NCBI GenBank assembly: GCA_964597855.1
Contig: CAZQZO010000007.1
Coordinates: forward strand, 3,094 to 67,093
Length of the DNA: 64,000 bases
Origin: an uncultured Halobacteriales archaeon
GTDB taxonomy: Archaea; Halobacteriota; Halobacteria; Halobacteriales; Hikarchaeaceae
Direction: 5' to 3'
A program made the position numbers and the translations under genes. The notes beneath the pieces are model-generated. The model was not told the origin of the DNA, searched no databases, and was given only the letters and a program-made list of their open reading frames with translations. Positions 1-10,591 of the stretch are shown piece by piece; position 1 is the first letter of the stretch; every line of letters starts with the position of its first letter.

Positions 1-617
1 TTTTCATAACCCTTGATATAGAAATAATCTAAACTCGCGCCACCTGCATGGAATACTAGTGGTAATTTTGCATCTTGACAGGCTTCGTATATTCCATCAT
101 ATTTTCTATTTCCAAATGGAGGTTCTGGCCCTCCACAAATCATACAAGCCCCTGCAAATCCCTTTTCACCACCGCATCTATCGATTAGCTCGACAGCCCG
201 TTCTGGATCTTGATATGGCAACACTAGCAGTGCATATATTCCTTCCTTTGGATCTACAACCCGATCTAGCATATAATCTGCATACGCATTGGAAATTAGT
301 TCTGGTCTTTCATCATCCCCACCAAGGCGTGCAAACGCAAGCATCTTTTGTGTAATCACAACTATGGCATCTGCCCCAACAATTTCCATTGCGGTTGGAA
401 TATCTTCCGGTACCATCTGTCCTTTGAGATATCCCACCTCATCGCGTTGTATCCTCCCATACATGTAGTGATCTGGGTATCCTGATGAAGGAAACATCTT
501 ACCCGGTGAACGCTTGAATCTCTGTTTAAACGGATTGTTATCTGGAATATACTCTGCTAGCTCTGGTAAAGATTCCAAATAGTGCGCATCACTATCTACA
601 ATGTAATGGCTAGTCAT
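1..617 (-). CDS. Amidohydrolase-2 family metal-dependent hydrolase/decarboxylase (3' end runs off window)
   Basis: Not in the ORF track; translated by hand from ATG at 617: MTSHYIVDSDAHYLE... (DxDxH metal motif) ...PFGNRKYDGIYEACQDAKLPLVFHAGG; frame stays open to the window edge. Confidence 0.85.
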   Translation of the reverse strand, partial: MTSHYIVDSDAHYLESLPELAEYIPDNNPFKQRFKRSPGKMFPSSGYPDHYMYGRIQRDEVGYLKGQMVPEDIPTAMEIVGADAIVVITQKMLAFARLGGDDERPELISNAYADYMLDRVVDPKEGIYALLVLPYQDPERAVELIDRCGGEKGFAGACMICGGPEPPFGNRKYDGIYEACQDAKLPLVFHAGGASLDYFYIKGYE

Positions 618-754
618 ACTTGTGATAGCGATTGCTCACATAAAAACCGTCCCACTCCCACATCTTCCACAACAATAACACTAATCAGACATCCTTTTCA
701 AGATTCAAGTATATTACTACCACATAATCTGATGGACTGGAGGCTTTATCAAAA

Positions 755-2002
755 ATGAATCCCGGAGATCACGTTCGCGTTTCCCAAAATAATTCTTCGT
801 ATGAAGGAATCTTATTACCTTCCACAAACGACCAGTATCTACTCCTAAAACTATCTGGAGGTTACAATGTTGGGATCTCTTCTAAAGGGGCATCTGTAGA
901 AATTATTAGCCCAAACTCTGCCCAATTTTCTCCCCCTGAAAATAAGTCAGATGATGTCTCAAATATCATATTCGATGAGGACCTTCCTACCATCTCTCTA
1001 ATCACCACAGGAGGGACAATCGCATCCACTATCGACTATCGAACCGGGGCCGTAACTTCTCAGTTCGATGTAACTGATATACTGCGATCTATACCTGATC
1101 TATCTGGTCTCGCCAACTATCGTGGAAAAGTTGTCGCTAATATTTTATCAGAGAATATGACACCATCAATTTGGCAGGATCTCGCAAAAGCAATATTTGA
1201 AGAAATAGAAGCCGGGGTCGACGGTGTCATAGTCATGCATGGCACTGACACAATGCAATACACGGCAGCTGCGATTTCTTTTATGATCTGCACCCCTATA
1301 CCTATAATTTTCACAGGGAGCCAACGCTCTTCTGATCGGCCATCTAGCGATAACCTAGTCAATGTAATTTGCGCGGTCGAAGCCGCAAAATCCGCCTGCG
1401 CTGAAGTTTTAATCTGCATGCACTCAAACGACTCCGATAATCATTGCTCTCTCCACCGAGCAACTAGGGCAAGAAAAAACCACACTTCGAAACGAAGCGC
1501 TTTTGCAACAATAGGAAATCTACCCCTCGGGGAAGTCAATTATGACACTCGCAGCGTTACTTACCGAAGAGATCACGACAAACGTGGAGAATTAAAATCT
1601 TCTCTAAAATCCGATCTAGATTTCAATGTTGAACTGATCAAATATACTCCTGGAATGGATGCTAAACTACTCGACGCCTGTTCAGAGAAGTCTGGCATAG
1701 TAATCGAAGGAACTGGCTTAGGCCACATCCACACAGATTTCATCCCACATCTCTCTTCCCTTATTAAAAATGGAACTCATGTTGTCATGACAAGTCAGTG
1801 TATCGAAGGCCGCGTCTGCTCTCGTGTCTACGACACAGGTAGGGATTTACTGGACATTGGTGTAATTGAAGGTGGGGATATGCTCCCTGGAACTGCAAAG
1901 GTAAAATTAATGTGGGCACTTGCCAATACGGACAACCCATCCGAGTCAATGCAGATCTCATTAGCAGGAGAAATTACAGAACCCTCCCGACCCTGGGATT
2001 AA
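755..2002 (+). CDS. gatD: Glu-tRNA(Gln) amidotransferase subunit D
   Basis: N-terminal GatD domain plus asparaginase motifs TGGTIAS, HGTDT, GSQRSSDRPSSD. Confidence 0.95.
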   Translation: MNPGDHVRVSQNNSSYEGILLPSTNDQYLLLKLSGGYNVGISSKGASVEIISPNSAQFSPPENKSDDVSNIIFDEDLPTISLITTGGTIASTIDYRTGAVTSQFDVTDILRSIPDLSGLANYRGKVVANILSENMTPSIWQDLAKAIFEEIEAGVDGVIVMHGTDTMQYTAAAISFMICTPIPIIFTGSQRSSDRPSSDNLVNVICAVEAAKSACAEVLICMHSNDSDNHCSLHRATRARKNHTSKRSAFATIGNLPLGEVNYDTRSVTYRRDHDKRGELKSSLKSDLDFNVELIKYTPGMDAKLLDACSEKSGIVIEGTGLGHIHTDFIPHLSSLIKNGTHVVMTSQCIEGRVCSRVYDTGRDLLDIGVIEGGDMLPGTAKVKLMWALANTDNPSESMQISLAGEITEPSRPWD

Positions 2003-2013
2003 TTATTTATTTA

Positions 2014-2289
2014 TCACCCTCCACTCATAGGGGGAATAATTGCTAGTTCATCATCATTTTCCAATGCCAATTGTGAAAATTTTTCTCCTCTCATTTCTTC
2101 ACCATTACATAGCACTTGAACATGATTCAATACTCCACCTTGCTCATCCATCACCAATTCTCTTAAATTTGGTATCTGATCGAATAGATCTTCCAGCGCA
2201 TCCTCAATTGTGATCCCACTATCCATTCTTATCTCAATTTCTCTCTCCCCTGCAATCTCTGCAAAATTGGCAAAAAGTTTCCATTTCAT
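2014..2289 (-). CDS. samp1: Ubiquitin-like small archaeal modifier protein (SAMP1/MoaD-like)
   Basis: MKWKLFA N-terminus typical of haloarchaeal SAMP1; beta-grasp size; C-terminal PPMSGG di-glycine. Confidence 0.9.
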   Translation of the reverse strand: MKWKLFANFAEIAGEREIEIRMDSGITIEDALEDLFDQIPNLRELVMDEQGGVLNHVQVLCNGEEMRGEKFSQLALENDDELAIIPPMSGG

Positions 2290-2304
2290 GATGATTCAAT
2301 CTAC

Positions 2305-3030
2305 CTAAAGTAATAAACTCGCATCCAATGCTATTTGGCCCATTTCTTGAATACTATCTCGTATTTTTTTCGGAAATTCTTCCCCCTCAGTTTCGCCCTT
2401 TTTAGACCCTTCTACTAAATTCCCATCCACCGTGAGTATGGAACCTGCTTCTATTCCCAATCTCCTGGCAAGCGTCAAAATAACCGAAGTCTCCATCTCA
2501 ATAGATAGCAATCCCGAATTCTCCCATATTTTTACGTACTCTTCTGTCTCTGCATAATATGCATCATTGGTTACTATGGCACCCACATGGAATTTATGAT
2601 CATGTCGTTTTGCCACATCTACCAAAGCAGAAACAACCTGATAATCCGAAACTGCTGGGTATACTTCTGATTCATACCTTTTTGTCGTTCCTTCTTCTTT
2701 AGCAGCCCCTGTAACTATGATAAATTCCCCAGTTTTAATCCCCCTTTGAAGTGCACCTGTTGTTCCCACTCTGATTATTTTCTTCACTCCAACCTTACAA
2801 AGTTCTTCAACGGCTATCGCAGCAGATGGACAACCAATCCCTGTAGAACAAACGGTCAAACCCTTCCCTTTATAATCTATATTGCAAATTTTGTATTCTC
2901 GATTCTCAGAAATAACTTCATATTCATCTGCCAATGCTGCAATCATCTCCACTCGATTAGGATCACCTGGTAGTAATGCAATTTCATTCAACTCCCCCTC
3001 CCCTACGAGCAAGTGTGGCTGTTTTCCCAT
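2305..3030 (-). CDS. Nucleoside phosphorylase (uridine phosphorylase/PNP family)
   Basis: LPGDPNRV, STGIGCPS, RVGTTG and EMET motifs. Confidence 0.9.
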   Translation of the reverse strand: MGKQPHLLVGEGELNEIALLPGDPNRVEMIAALADEYEVISENREYKICNIDYKGKGLTVCSTGIGCPSAAIAVEELCKVGVKKIIRVGTTGALQRGIKTGEFIIVTGAAKEEGTTKRYESEVYPAVSDYQVVSALVDVAKRHDHKFHVGAIVTNDAYYAETEEYVKIWENSGLLSIEMETSVILTLARRLGIEAGSILTVDGNLVEGSKKGETEGEEFPKKIRDSIQEMGQIALDASLLL

Positions 3031-3040
3031 ATTCTTATTT

Positions 3041-3862
3041 CTATCCTACTACTGAATATAATATCAGGTTATGCATTCCTGGACCAATACCAATCGCAAT
3101 CATCACTATTAACAAAATTCTTGCATACAAAGGCTTTTCTTTTGTATAATCCACAAACAAAAAAACTAGGGCAATCGCCAATACGATCTTAACACATACA
3201 AACAACCAACTCACACCAATAATATTCGCAACGGGGAGTGATGCACCAATGTCTAATATCATTTGGGAAATTGGGGTCTGCTCCTTAAAATTCAATATGT
3301 CAATCCCAATTGCCGTAGATGTCCCATCTAGAGTCTGTCCTATGATAACTAGCAAACCAGTGCTTCCCAACACCTTTGGAATTTCTGCACTTTTTCTTTT
3401 CACCGCCTCCCACACTAAAATAGAAACAACCAATGCAACCACCAACCCCACGATCGACCATGCTGGATTGGTCCACCCCTCTCTGGATAAAACCACCATC
3501 GTAGTGCCAAACCCAATCAATCCACTCCCCATCAGAATTTTTTCTGCAATCTGATCCCTTTTAAGGAGCAAAACCACCGACCAGACACAACCCAATATGA
3601 CAAACGTAGTGATGTACACTGTTGGGTTCCCTAGTAGGAATGAAATACTTTCTAACTTTCCGTATTCTTTCAAACCCATCACACCCACGACACGCAAACC
3701 CGCACCAAATGCCATCCATGGAATCAAAGATATAATGATATCCTCATCGATTCTTATCTCACATTTCCAAAGAACCATTGCAATTATTCCTGCACAAATT
3801 AAGATCCCAATCAGATATGGGGCCGAGGGAATTCCAAAATCTGAAGGAAGGATATCTAACAT
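3041..3862 (-). CDS. DUF63-family integral membrane protein
   Basis: Multiple hydrophobic helices; PWMAFG, QTLDGTST, IGPGMHN motifs resemble archaeal DUF63. Confidence 0.7.
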   Translation of the reverse strand: MLDILPSDFGIPSAPYLIGILICAGIIAMVLWKCEIRIDEDIIISLIPWMAFGAGLRVVGVMGLKEYGKLESISFLLGNPTVYITTFVILGCVWSVVLLLKRDQIAEKILMGSGLIGFGTTMVVLSREGWTNPAWSIVGLVVALVVSILVWEAVKRKSAEIPKVLGSTGLLVIIGQTLDGTSTAIGIDILNFKEQTPISQMILDIGASLPVANIIGVSWLFVCVKIVLAIALVFLFVDYTKEKPLYARILLIVMIAIGIGPGMHNLILYSVVG

Positions 3863-3951
3863 ACCCGTTATTATTTCGGATACCCCAAAGCCATTACGAC
3901 TATGAGAATACCGTCGTGTTTTTGTTCCCCCTGATAATACATCTAATCACA

Positions 3952-5202
3952 ATGGCTTCGTATCACATCGAAACTTATGGATGCACAGCCAATCAAGGAG
4001 AAAGTAAACTAATTGAACAGTTACTTCGCGACGCAGGACATTATAAAGTCGAAAACCCCGAATCCGCAGACGTAGCAATTCTAAACACCTGTACTGTCAT
4101 AGAAAAAACTGAACAAACGATGTTGTCTAGGGCGAAAGAACTAGAATCTCTAGTATCTGATCTAATCGTCACCGGATGTCTCGCACTCGCCCAGCCCGAT
4201 CTCATCCACGAATCTGGGATCGACGCTCGTGTATGTGGATGGGATGAAGTACCTCTGGCCGTTGGAAATGGCGAGTGCCCCACAACTACAAAAGACACGC
4301 TACCCATCATAGATGGTGTAATTGGAATCCTGCCCATCGCCCGCGGATGCATGTCTGATTGTTCTTATTGCATCACAAAAAAAGCAACAGGAAAAATCGA
4401 ATCTCCACCTATCGCAGAAAATGTTTCTAAAGCCCGAAATTTAATAAAAGCCGGAGCAAAAGAAATCCGAGTAACTGGACAGGATACTGGAGTATACGGA
4501 TGGGACCTTGGAGAGCGATTGTTGGATCAGTTACTCGACGAAATTTGTGAACTCCCCGGTGATTTTCGTGTTCGATTAGGAATGGCGAACCCTAAAGGAA
4601 TTCATGGCATTTGCAAATCTCTTGCAAACGTGTTCTCTAAACATGAAAAACTCTATGATTTTATCCATGCACCTGTGCAATCTGGATCCAATACAGTTCT
4701 AGGTCATATGCGACGCCAACACCAAGTAAACGAATTTAGAGACATCGTGTCTATTTTCAATCAACATTTAGATCATTGGACTCTAGCGACGGATTTCATT
4801 GTTGGATTCCCAACCGAAACAACCGAAGATCACCAACAATCACTAAATCTAATACGAGAAGTCCAGCCGGAGCGAATTAATATAACACGATTTTCTAAAC
4901 GCCCCGGTACCGATGCAGCAAAATTAAAAGGTCTTGGGGGGACTCTTAAAAAACAACGTTCATCTGAAATGACACAACTTAAACTCGAAATAACTTCCCA
5001 AGCATACCGATCTATGATTGGAACTCGCCACACTCTTCTTGCGGTTGAACCTGGGATCAATGGCTCTATGAAGTGTAGGGATGAGGCATATCGCCAGGTA
5101 ATAATAAAGGATTTTGAAGATTATGGAATTACCCCAGGAACGTTCATACAGTCGCAGATAGTTTCCTCTGAACACGTTTATGCGTTCGCCGAACCAGTGT
5201 AG
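3952..5202 (+). CDS. Radical-SAM tRNA methylthiotransferase (MiaB-like, e-MtaB type)
   Basis: ETYGC..N and NTC N-terminal UPF0004 domain; CMSDCSYC radical-SAM motif; C-terminal TRAM domain. Start moved to ATG 3952 because the longer ORF overlaps the divergent gene. Confidence 0.9.
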   Translation: MASYHIETYGCTANQGESKLIEQLLRDAGHYKVENPESADVAILNTCTVIEKTEQTMLSRAKELESLVSDLIVTGCLALAQPDLIHESGIDARVCGWDEVPLAVGNGECPTTTKDTLPIIDGVIGILPIARGCMSDCSYCITKKATGKIESPPIAENVSKARNLIKAGAKEIRVTGQDTGVYGWDLGERLLDQLLDEICELPGDFRVRLGMANPKGIHGICKSLANVFSKHEKLYDFIHAPVQSGSNTVLGHMRRQHQVNEFRDIVSIFNQHLDHWTLATDFIVGFPTETTEDHQQSLNLIREVQPERINITRFSKRPGTDAAKLKGLGGTLKKQRSSEMTQLKLEITSQAYRSMIGTRHTLLAVEPGINGSMKCRDEAYRQVIIKDFEDYGITPGTFIQSQIVSSEHVYAFAEPV

Positions 5203-5209
5203 TTTATTT

Positions 5210-6028
5210 TCACTCTTTATAAATTTGTTTTCCCAATTCGTAAAACATATTCCCCACCAGCGATTGTCCCCCATCTGCAACTAGTACTTCTCCTGTGATC
5301 ACCTCAGCCGCAGGAGAACATAGGTATAACACTTGCTGGGCCATTTGTTCCACACTAGCTATTCCTCCCATGGGGATGCTATTTTCCAATCTATTAACTA
5401 TCGATTCATCTCCCAATAAATTATCCCTTACACCTTCTGTCAATACCACTCCTGGACACATGGCATTCACTCTTATGTCGTGCTTTGCCCATTCAAGCGC
5501 TAGTGTCCTTGTCAAGTTGAGAACACCCGCTTTGGCAGCACCAGAATGACCAACATACGGCGCCGCATTCCACGCATAGTTAGCAATTATATTCACAATT
5601 GATCCACCATTCTCCTTTAACAAAGGAAAGCATTTTTTCGAAACTCTAAATGTTCCATCTAGTACTATGTCTACAACCGCCCTCCACCCATTTTCACTAA
5701 GATCTTCTATTGGACAAAAAAAGTTCCCTGCGGCATTGTTCACTAATATGTCCATACTTCCCCATTCCTTCTCCATAAAATTCACCACTTCGTCTACGCT
5801 CGATTTTTCTCTGACATCCATGACTTTCCATAGTATTGATTTCCCTGTTAGTTCCTTCAATTTTTCAGATGCCAATTCTAATCGTTCAGCATTTCTAGAT
5901 GCTATAAAAACATCTGCTCCATGTTCTAAAAAAGATCTTGCAAACCCAAGACCCATCCCCGTTGCACCTCCTGTTATGAACACTTTTTTTTCTTCAAATA
6001 GTTCCTCTTTAAACACACTTTCATTCAT
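5210..6028 (-). CDS. SDR oxidoreductase, 2,4-dienoyl-CoA reductase-like
   Basis: TGGATGMG, NNAAGNF and HSGAAK (His in place of the usual SDR Tyr). Confidence 0.85.
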   Translation of the reverse strand: MNESVFKEELFEEKKVFITGGATGMGLGFARSFLEHGADVFIASRNAERLELASEKLKELTGKSILWKVMDVREKSSVDEVVNFMEKEWGSMDILVNNAAGNFFCPIEDLSENGWRAVVDIVLDGTFRVSKKCFPLLKENGGSIVNIIANYAWNAAPYVGHSGAAKAGVLNLTRTLALEWAKHDIRVNAMCPGVVLTEGVRDNLLGDESIVNRLENSIPMGGIASVEQMAQQVLYLCSPAAEVITGEVLVADGGQSLVGNMFYELGKQIYKE

Positions 6029-6117
6029 GCATATTACCTCTTAATAACAATCTATCCTCTCCTCAGAGATAAAGACTCAGCATGAACGCCATTCAACTCT
6101 TTGCAAAAAATTCCAAT

Positions 6118-6660
6118 CTATCCACTAATCCAAATTGACTTTTCTTCCCCTTTATTTTCGACTCCCTCTTGTTGCGCAAACGCGTCGTGCAGTTTTTGAT
6201 ATGTTTCTAGCATGCCTTCTACAACGATTTTAGTATCACTTAGAATCGGCATAAAATTAGTATCTCCCTCCCACCTTGGAACAATATGTGTATGCATATG
6301 CTCATTAATCGAACCACCGCTTCCCTTTCCCAGATTTAAACCTGTATTGAATCCTTGTGGATTAAATGCAGTTTCTAACGCTTTTAATGCTCTTACTTTT
6401 AGCCGGGAATGGGAAAGTAACATCTCTTCATTCAGTTCTACCGGAGATCCTATATGTTCCTTGGGAATCACCATTACATGCCCCGGATTATATGGATAAT
6501 TATTCAAAACAACATACGTGTATTCATCTTCAGCAATTACTCCCAACTCCCTGTCTTTCCCTTTTTTGTATATTTCGCAAAATACACATTCGTCAGAAAT
6601 TTCTTTCCAATCCTGTCTAGAAACCCACTCCATTCTCCAAGGGGTAAAGATTTGGTCCAT
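6118..6660 (-). CDS. HIT-family hydrolase (Ap4A phosphorylase-like)
   Basis: CVFC, LNNYPYNPGH, HMHTHIVPRW. Confidence 0.92.
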   Translation of the reverse strand: MDQIFTPWRMEWVSRQDWKEISDECVFCEIYKKGKDRELGVIAEDEYTYVVLNNYPYNPGHVMVIPKEHIGSPVELNEEMLLSHSRLKVRALKALETAFNPQGFNTGLNLGKGSGGSINEHMHTHIVPRWEGDTNFMPILSDTKIVVEGMLETYQKLHDAFAQQEGVENKGEEKSIWISG

Positions 6661-6706
6661 GAGTGGCAGTATATCAGAGAAAGCTTTAGTCTATCTCTCC
6701 CCTTTC

Positions 6707-7597
6707 CTATTTCGTTGTTATCTCGCACCCATTCTTTGTCACAATCACTGTGTGCTCAGCCTGACTCACTAGTTTGTTTTTTTGCTCCCTCAAAACAGGA
6801 TACCCTCTAATGATTCTTGCCATTTTTAACCTCTGTAAAGCGATTTTACCTTGTGATTCTTCCACCCACCTCGCAGCAAAAGGAAGCGTCTTATATCTAT
6901 CTTCAATCAGTGCAACAAGTTCTCTTGACCTTCTCCCTCTGATCGAGCGCCTTTGAATTAAAGAAAATATCTCTTCTTTACCACCTTCCGTTACTTTTCC
7001 CCCTCCTTCTGTAGCAAAAGGTTCAATCGCAACGACATCTCCAATTTCTAATCTCACCCCCGTTTCAATAGCGCAGTTAGGGATGTTTGGTCCTATATGT
7101 GCATCGTACTCTCCCACACCATGGCCCGAAAGATTGATTATCGAATTATATCCCATTCTATCAATTTTCGATTCTATTACTTCTCCTATTTTTCCAACAT
7201 TCACCCCTGGCTCTATCAACTCTAACGCAGCTTTTAATGCCTCCTCTGCAGCCTCCACAAGCTTTGGATTCCCCGATAGGTCCACAGTTTTGGCAGCATC
7301 TGCAATCCAACCATCAACATGAACTCCTATATCTAAACAGATCATTTCCTCCCCAAATTTGGTTTTTTCACCCATACCCGGTGTCGAGTGAGAAGCTTCT
7401 TCATTTATACTTATGTTTACTGGAAATGCTGGTTCTCCTCCCATTTCCCGAATTCTATTTTCTGCAAACTCTGCCACTTCCAAATGAGTCACACCCACTT
7501 CAATTCTCTTCACGGTTTCCGAAAGTGTCTCTGCAAGAATTTTCCCCGCAGCACGATGTTTTTCGTATTTTTCAGATTTAAGATCTACTTCTTCCAC
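6707..7597 (-). CDS. map: Type II methionine aminopeptidase
   Basis: FPVNIS..HSTP, DIGVHVDG..AD, GHG, IEPF, Q.EHT metal ligands. Confidence 0.95.
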   Translation of the reverse strand: MEEVDLKSEKYEKHRAAGKILAETLSETVKRIEVGVTHLEVAEFAENRIREMGGEPAFPVNISINEEASHSTPGMGEKTKFGEEMICLDIGVHVDGWIADAAKTVDLSGNPKLVEAAEEALKAALELIEPGVNVGKIGEVIESKIDRMGYNSIINLSGHGVGEYDAHIGPNIPNCAIETGVRLEIGDVVAIEPFATEGGGKVTEGGKEEIFSLIQRRSIRGRRSRELVALIEDRYKTLPFAARWVEESQGKIALQRLKMARIIRGYPVLREQKNKLVSQAEHTVIVTKNGCEITTK

Positions 7598-7636
7598 AAC
7601 CCACTTCCTATATATTTTTCATTATTTCCCGTAAAT

Positions 7637-8020
7637 TTATACTTCGTCTTCACCGACTAAAACAGCATTCACCTGACCGGTTTGCCCGGGTCTAGATGTC
7701 ACCCTAGCCCTTCCTTCACTGGTGTCTATTATTGCACCCTTTGTAATCACATTACGACGGACGTAATTCAAATTAGCTGCATTCGAAACTACATTCTCTA
7801 TGGTAGCTGTCATTGATTTCGTTCCATCAGAAACAGTGACTTTGTCAATCGATAATGCTCTAACTTTTTGTGATTTACTCCTCGAATTGAATATTTGTCT
7901 CCGCGTCTCTCCAATATTGGTATTTGCTGGCAGCCGACCAAGTTCTGATTTTCTCTTTTTCCGGAAAGAACTCAGCCGTCCACCCGTTTTCGTTCTCTTC
8001 GAACGGCCTTGAAACTGCAT
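7637..8020 (-). CDS. rps8e: 30S ribosomal protein eS8
   Basis: GRSKRTKTGG, RRNVITKGAII, VTSRPGQTG.VNAV. Confidence 0.96.
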   Translation of the reverse strand: MQFQGRSKRTKTGGRLSSFRKKRKSELGRLPANTNIGETRRQIFNSRSKSQKVRALSIDKVTVSDGTKSMTATIENVVSNAANLNYVRRNVITKGAIIDTSEGRARVTSRPGQTGQVNAVLVGEDEV

Positions 8021-8184
8021 ACAACAATCGAATCCCGCGATATATTAAAATGAAGCGGTCGGAATTTTCTGACCAATCAACAAAAATACTTACATAATAT
8101 CCACTTGATCTTATTTTACAATCTTCCTTCCTATTTGACATCTGTCCGATATGTTTCTAATGTGTGGCGTACATTGTGTCTTTA

Positions 8185-8982
8185 ATGACTTTCTTTGAAC
8201 TACTTGCCAACCGGATTAATTCTATAGGTAGTATCTTGTGCATAGGTCTCGACCCCGACCCCTCTCGCCTTCCTCCTCACCTCCAAGACGAAGATCTGCC
8301 ACTTTGGAGTTTCAATCGACGCATCATTGATGCGACCCATTCTTACGCAGCCGCATACAAACCAAATGCAGCTTATTATGAACATTCTGATGGGTGGGAT
8401 TCTTTAGTAGAAACAATAGCATATGCCCATGGAAAAGGAGTCCCGGTTATTTTAGATGCAAAAAGAGCAGACATAGGAAACACGGCACACCAGTATGCGA
8501 ACTTACTCGATATGGCGGACGCAATAACTGCAAATCCCTATATGGGTATTGACTCTCTAAGCCCATTTTTATCTAGATCTGATGCAGGCATTTTCATATT
8601 GTGTCGAACCTCCAATCCTGGTGGGTCCGATCTACAAAATCTAAAATTATCTTCTGGAATGCATCTCTATGAACACGTTGCTCTACTTGCAGACAGTTGG
8701 AATGAACGCGGCAACGTCGGTCTCGTAGTTGGCGCGACCAATCCTGATGAATTGCAACGTGTAAGAAACCTCACCCCGAATCTTCCCTTCCTTGTTCCTG
8801 GTATCGGAGCCCAGAAAGGAGATACAGAATCTGCTGCAAAATATTGTTTATCTTCTAGCAACGCAGGACTGGTTAGTGCTTCTAGAAGTATTATTTTTGC
8901 AGGAGAAGGGGACAATTTTGATAAATCCGCCGCAGAAGCAGCAAAACGGGCTAGAAATTCACTAAACCAATTTCTAAAGTAA
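8185..8982 (+). CDS. pyrF: Orotidine-5'-phosphate decarboxylase
   Basis: LCIGLDP, DAKRADIGNT, RTSNP, VVGAT, PGIGAQ; ATG 8185 preferred as start. Confidence 0.95.
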   Translation: MTFFELLANRINSIGSILCIGLDPDPSRLPPHLQDEDLPLWSFNRRIIDATHSYAAAYKPNAAYYEHSDGWDSLVETIAYAHGKGVPVILDAKRADIGNTAHQYANLLDMADAITANPYMGIDSLSPFLSRSDAGIFILCRTSNPGGSDLQNLKLSSGMHLYEHVALLADSWNERGNVGLVVGATNPDELQRVRNLTPNLPFLVPGIGAQKGDTESAAKYCLSSSNAGLVSASRSIIFAGEGDNFDKSAAEAAKRARNSLNQFLK

Positions 8983-8991
8983 CTTCTGCAT

Positions 8992-10194
8992 TCATGAGTA
9001 GTGCATCAATGCGTCCGACTCTTTAACTTCCTTCAGGTTTTTGTAACCTGCCACCCCAATGGTGCTCTCCAATTCTGCAAGTAGATTTCCAATTATTTCA
9101 TAGACTCCCTGCTCCCCAGCAAGTGTTAGTCCATATGCATAGGGGCGACCGATCTGTACCGCTGTTGCTCCTAGTGCCAACGATTTGAATACATCTGCCC
9201 CTGTCCTAACTCCACTATCGAATAAAATTGGAATCTCTCCACCTACTACCTCGGAAATTTTTCCTAGTGCACCAGCGGCGCCAATTGCCCCATCAATCCT
9301 TCTCCCCCCATGCGAAGACACTACTATTCCCTCTACTCCTATGTCCAATGCCATTTTTGCATCTTCTGGATGTAATACCCCTTTCAATACAATTGGGATA
9401 TCTACAACTTCTCTAAGTTTCTCAACACCCTCCCACGTAAGACTAGCATTATACTTATACTTAGATTTTATTAACTGAGTTGTTTTTTTATCAGCAGAGT
9501 CCCAATTATCAACCTCAATTCCTAATGAATCTGCTACTACTGGATCTGAAAGAAATATGGCCTTGGGGGCATCTTTATCCGTGGACCATTCGCTATTCAC
9601 GCTGTAATTGGTCTCCATAGACCTCGGTTGCCATGCACCCCGTTGACCATCTAGCGTGATGAAAATAGCATCATACCCTGCCTTTTCTGCTCTAGATGCA
9701 AAACTTGCTGTAACTTCCCATTCGTTTATCCAGTATAGTTGAAAAAATTTAGTCATATTCCCCATGACTTCTGCAACCATCTCCAGAGGCGTAGAGGACC
9801 AGGTGCTCAATGTTATCGGGACATTTTGTCTACTCGCTGCCCTTGCAGTACCCAACTCTCCATCTTGGTGGTACATCCTCTGGGATCCTATTGGTGCAAG
9901 TATTAATGGAGTTGGAAGTTTCTTCCCAAATAGCTTAATTCCCATATCTATTTTTGAGACATCTCTTAATATTCGAGGAACAATTTGATACCGATCAAGT
10001 TCTCTTCTATTGGAAGCCATTGTTTGTTCTGCTCCCGCACCGCCCGACGTATATTCATATGGCCCTGGACGAAGTTTCTTCTTTGCCTCCTGTTCTAATT
10101 CCTGGAAACCTATTGGAATCGATTTTCCCCCTCCGGAAATTTCTTTCCTTCGTTTTTTATAAAATCCTTCTTTTTCTGAATTAGTATCTTTCAT
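8992..10194 (-). CDS. FMN-dependent alpha-hydroxy acid oxidase (lactate 2-monooxygenase-like)
   Basis: LAPIG, FFQLYW, LKGV, HGGR, DSGVRTG.D..K, GRP motifs. Confidence 0.9.
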   Translation of the reverse strand: MKDTNSEKEGFYKKRRKEISGGGKSIPIGFQELEQEAKKKLRPGPYEYTSGGAGAEQTMASNRRELDRYQIVPRILRDVSKIDMGIKLFGKKLPTPLILAPIGSQRMYHQDGELGTARAASRQNVPITLSTWSSTPLEMVAEVMGNMTKFFQLYWINEWEVTASFASRAEKAGYDAIFITLDGQRGAWQPRSMETNYSVNSEWSTDKDAPKAIFLSDPVVADSLGIEVDNWDSADKKTTQLIKSKYKYNASLTWEGVEKLREVVDIPIVLKGVLHPEDAKMALDIGVEGIVVSSHGGRRIDGAIGAAGALGKISEVVGGEIPILFDSGVRTGADVFKSLALGATAVQIGRPYAYGLTLAGEQGVYEIIGNLLAELESTIGVAGYKNLKEVKESDALMHYS

Positions 10195-10246
10195 TACTAT
10201 TTTTTGTATTTACAACATATATATCCCTCCCTCTCAAAAAGTACTA

Positions 10247-10573
10247 TTGATGAAACCCATTCCAATTTCCAATCGCTATTTGTATTTGATTCTGATTTTC
10301 TTTGCGATGACTTTCGTTATTTTAGCATCTCAACAATCTGTCCAAAACTTAAGTAGATTTATGAATATTGTAGGATTTATTTTCGCTATTTTAGTTTATA
10401 TGGATATGCGATATTTACAAAATCAACACAATGTCACTTTCAACCTAAAAATAATAGGGCGCTCTATCTCTGAACCCCTTCTCCAATCCATCTATTGCAT
10501 CTCGATATTTCTATATGCACCAGTAGTCCTTGCATATGTCATCCACCGAAGAACTATATTAGTCAATAATTAA
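10247..10573 (+). CDS. Hypothetical membrane protein (about 3 TM helices)
   Basis: 108-aa hydrophobic ORF filling the gap before the tRNA-Gly 3' end; no family recognised. Confidence 0.6.
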   Translation: MMKPIPISNRYLYLILIFFAMTFVILASQQSVQNLSRFMNIVGFIFAILVYMDMRYLQNQHNVTFNLKIIGRSISEPLLQSIYCISIFLYAPVVLAYVIHRRTILVNN

Positions 10574-10591
10574 TGGATTTTCCCCTTCCCA

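Noticed and set aside
59-355. 98-aa plus-strand ORF
   Set aside because: Antisense shadow of the amidohydrolase gene on the minus strand, which the ORF track missed because it runs off the window.
3778-3951. N-terminal extension of the methylthiotransferase ORF
   Set aside because: Overlaps the divergent DUF63 gene; family similarity begins at the ATG at 3952.
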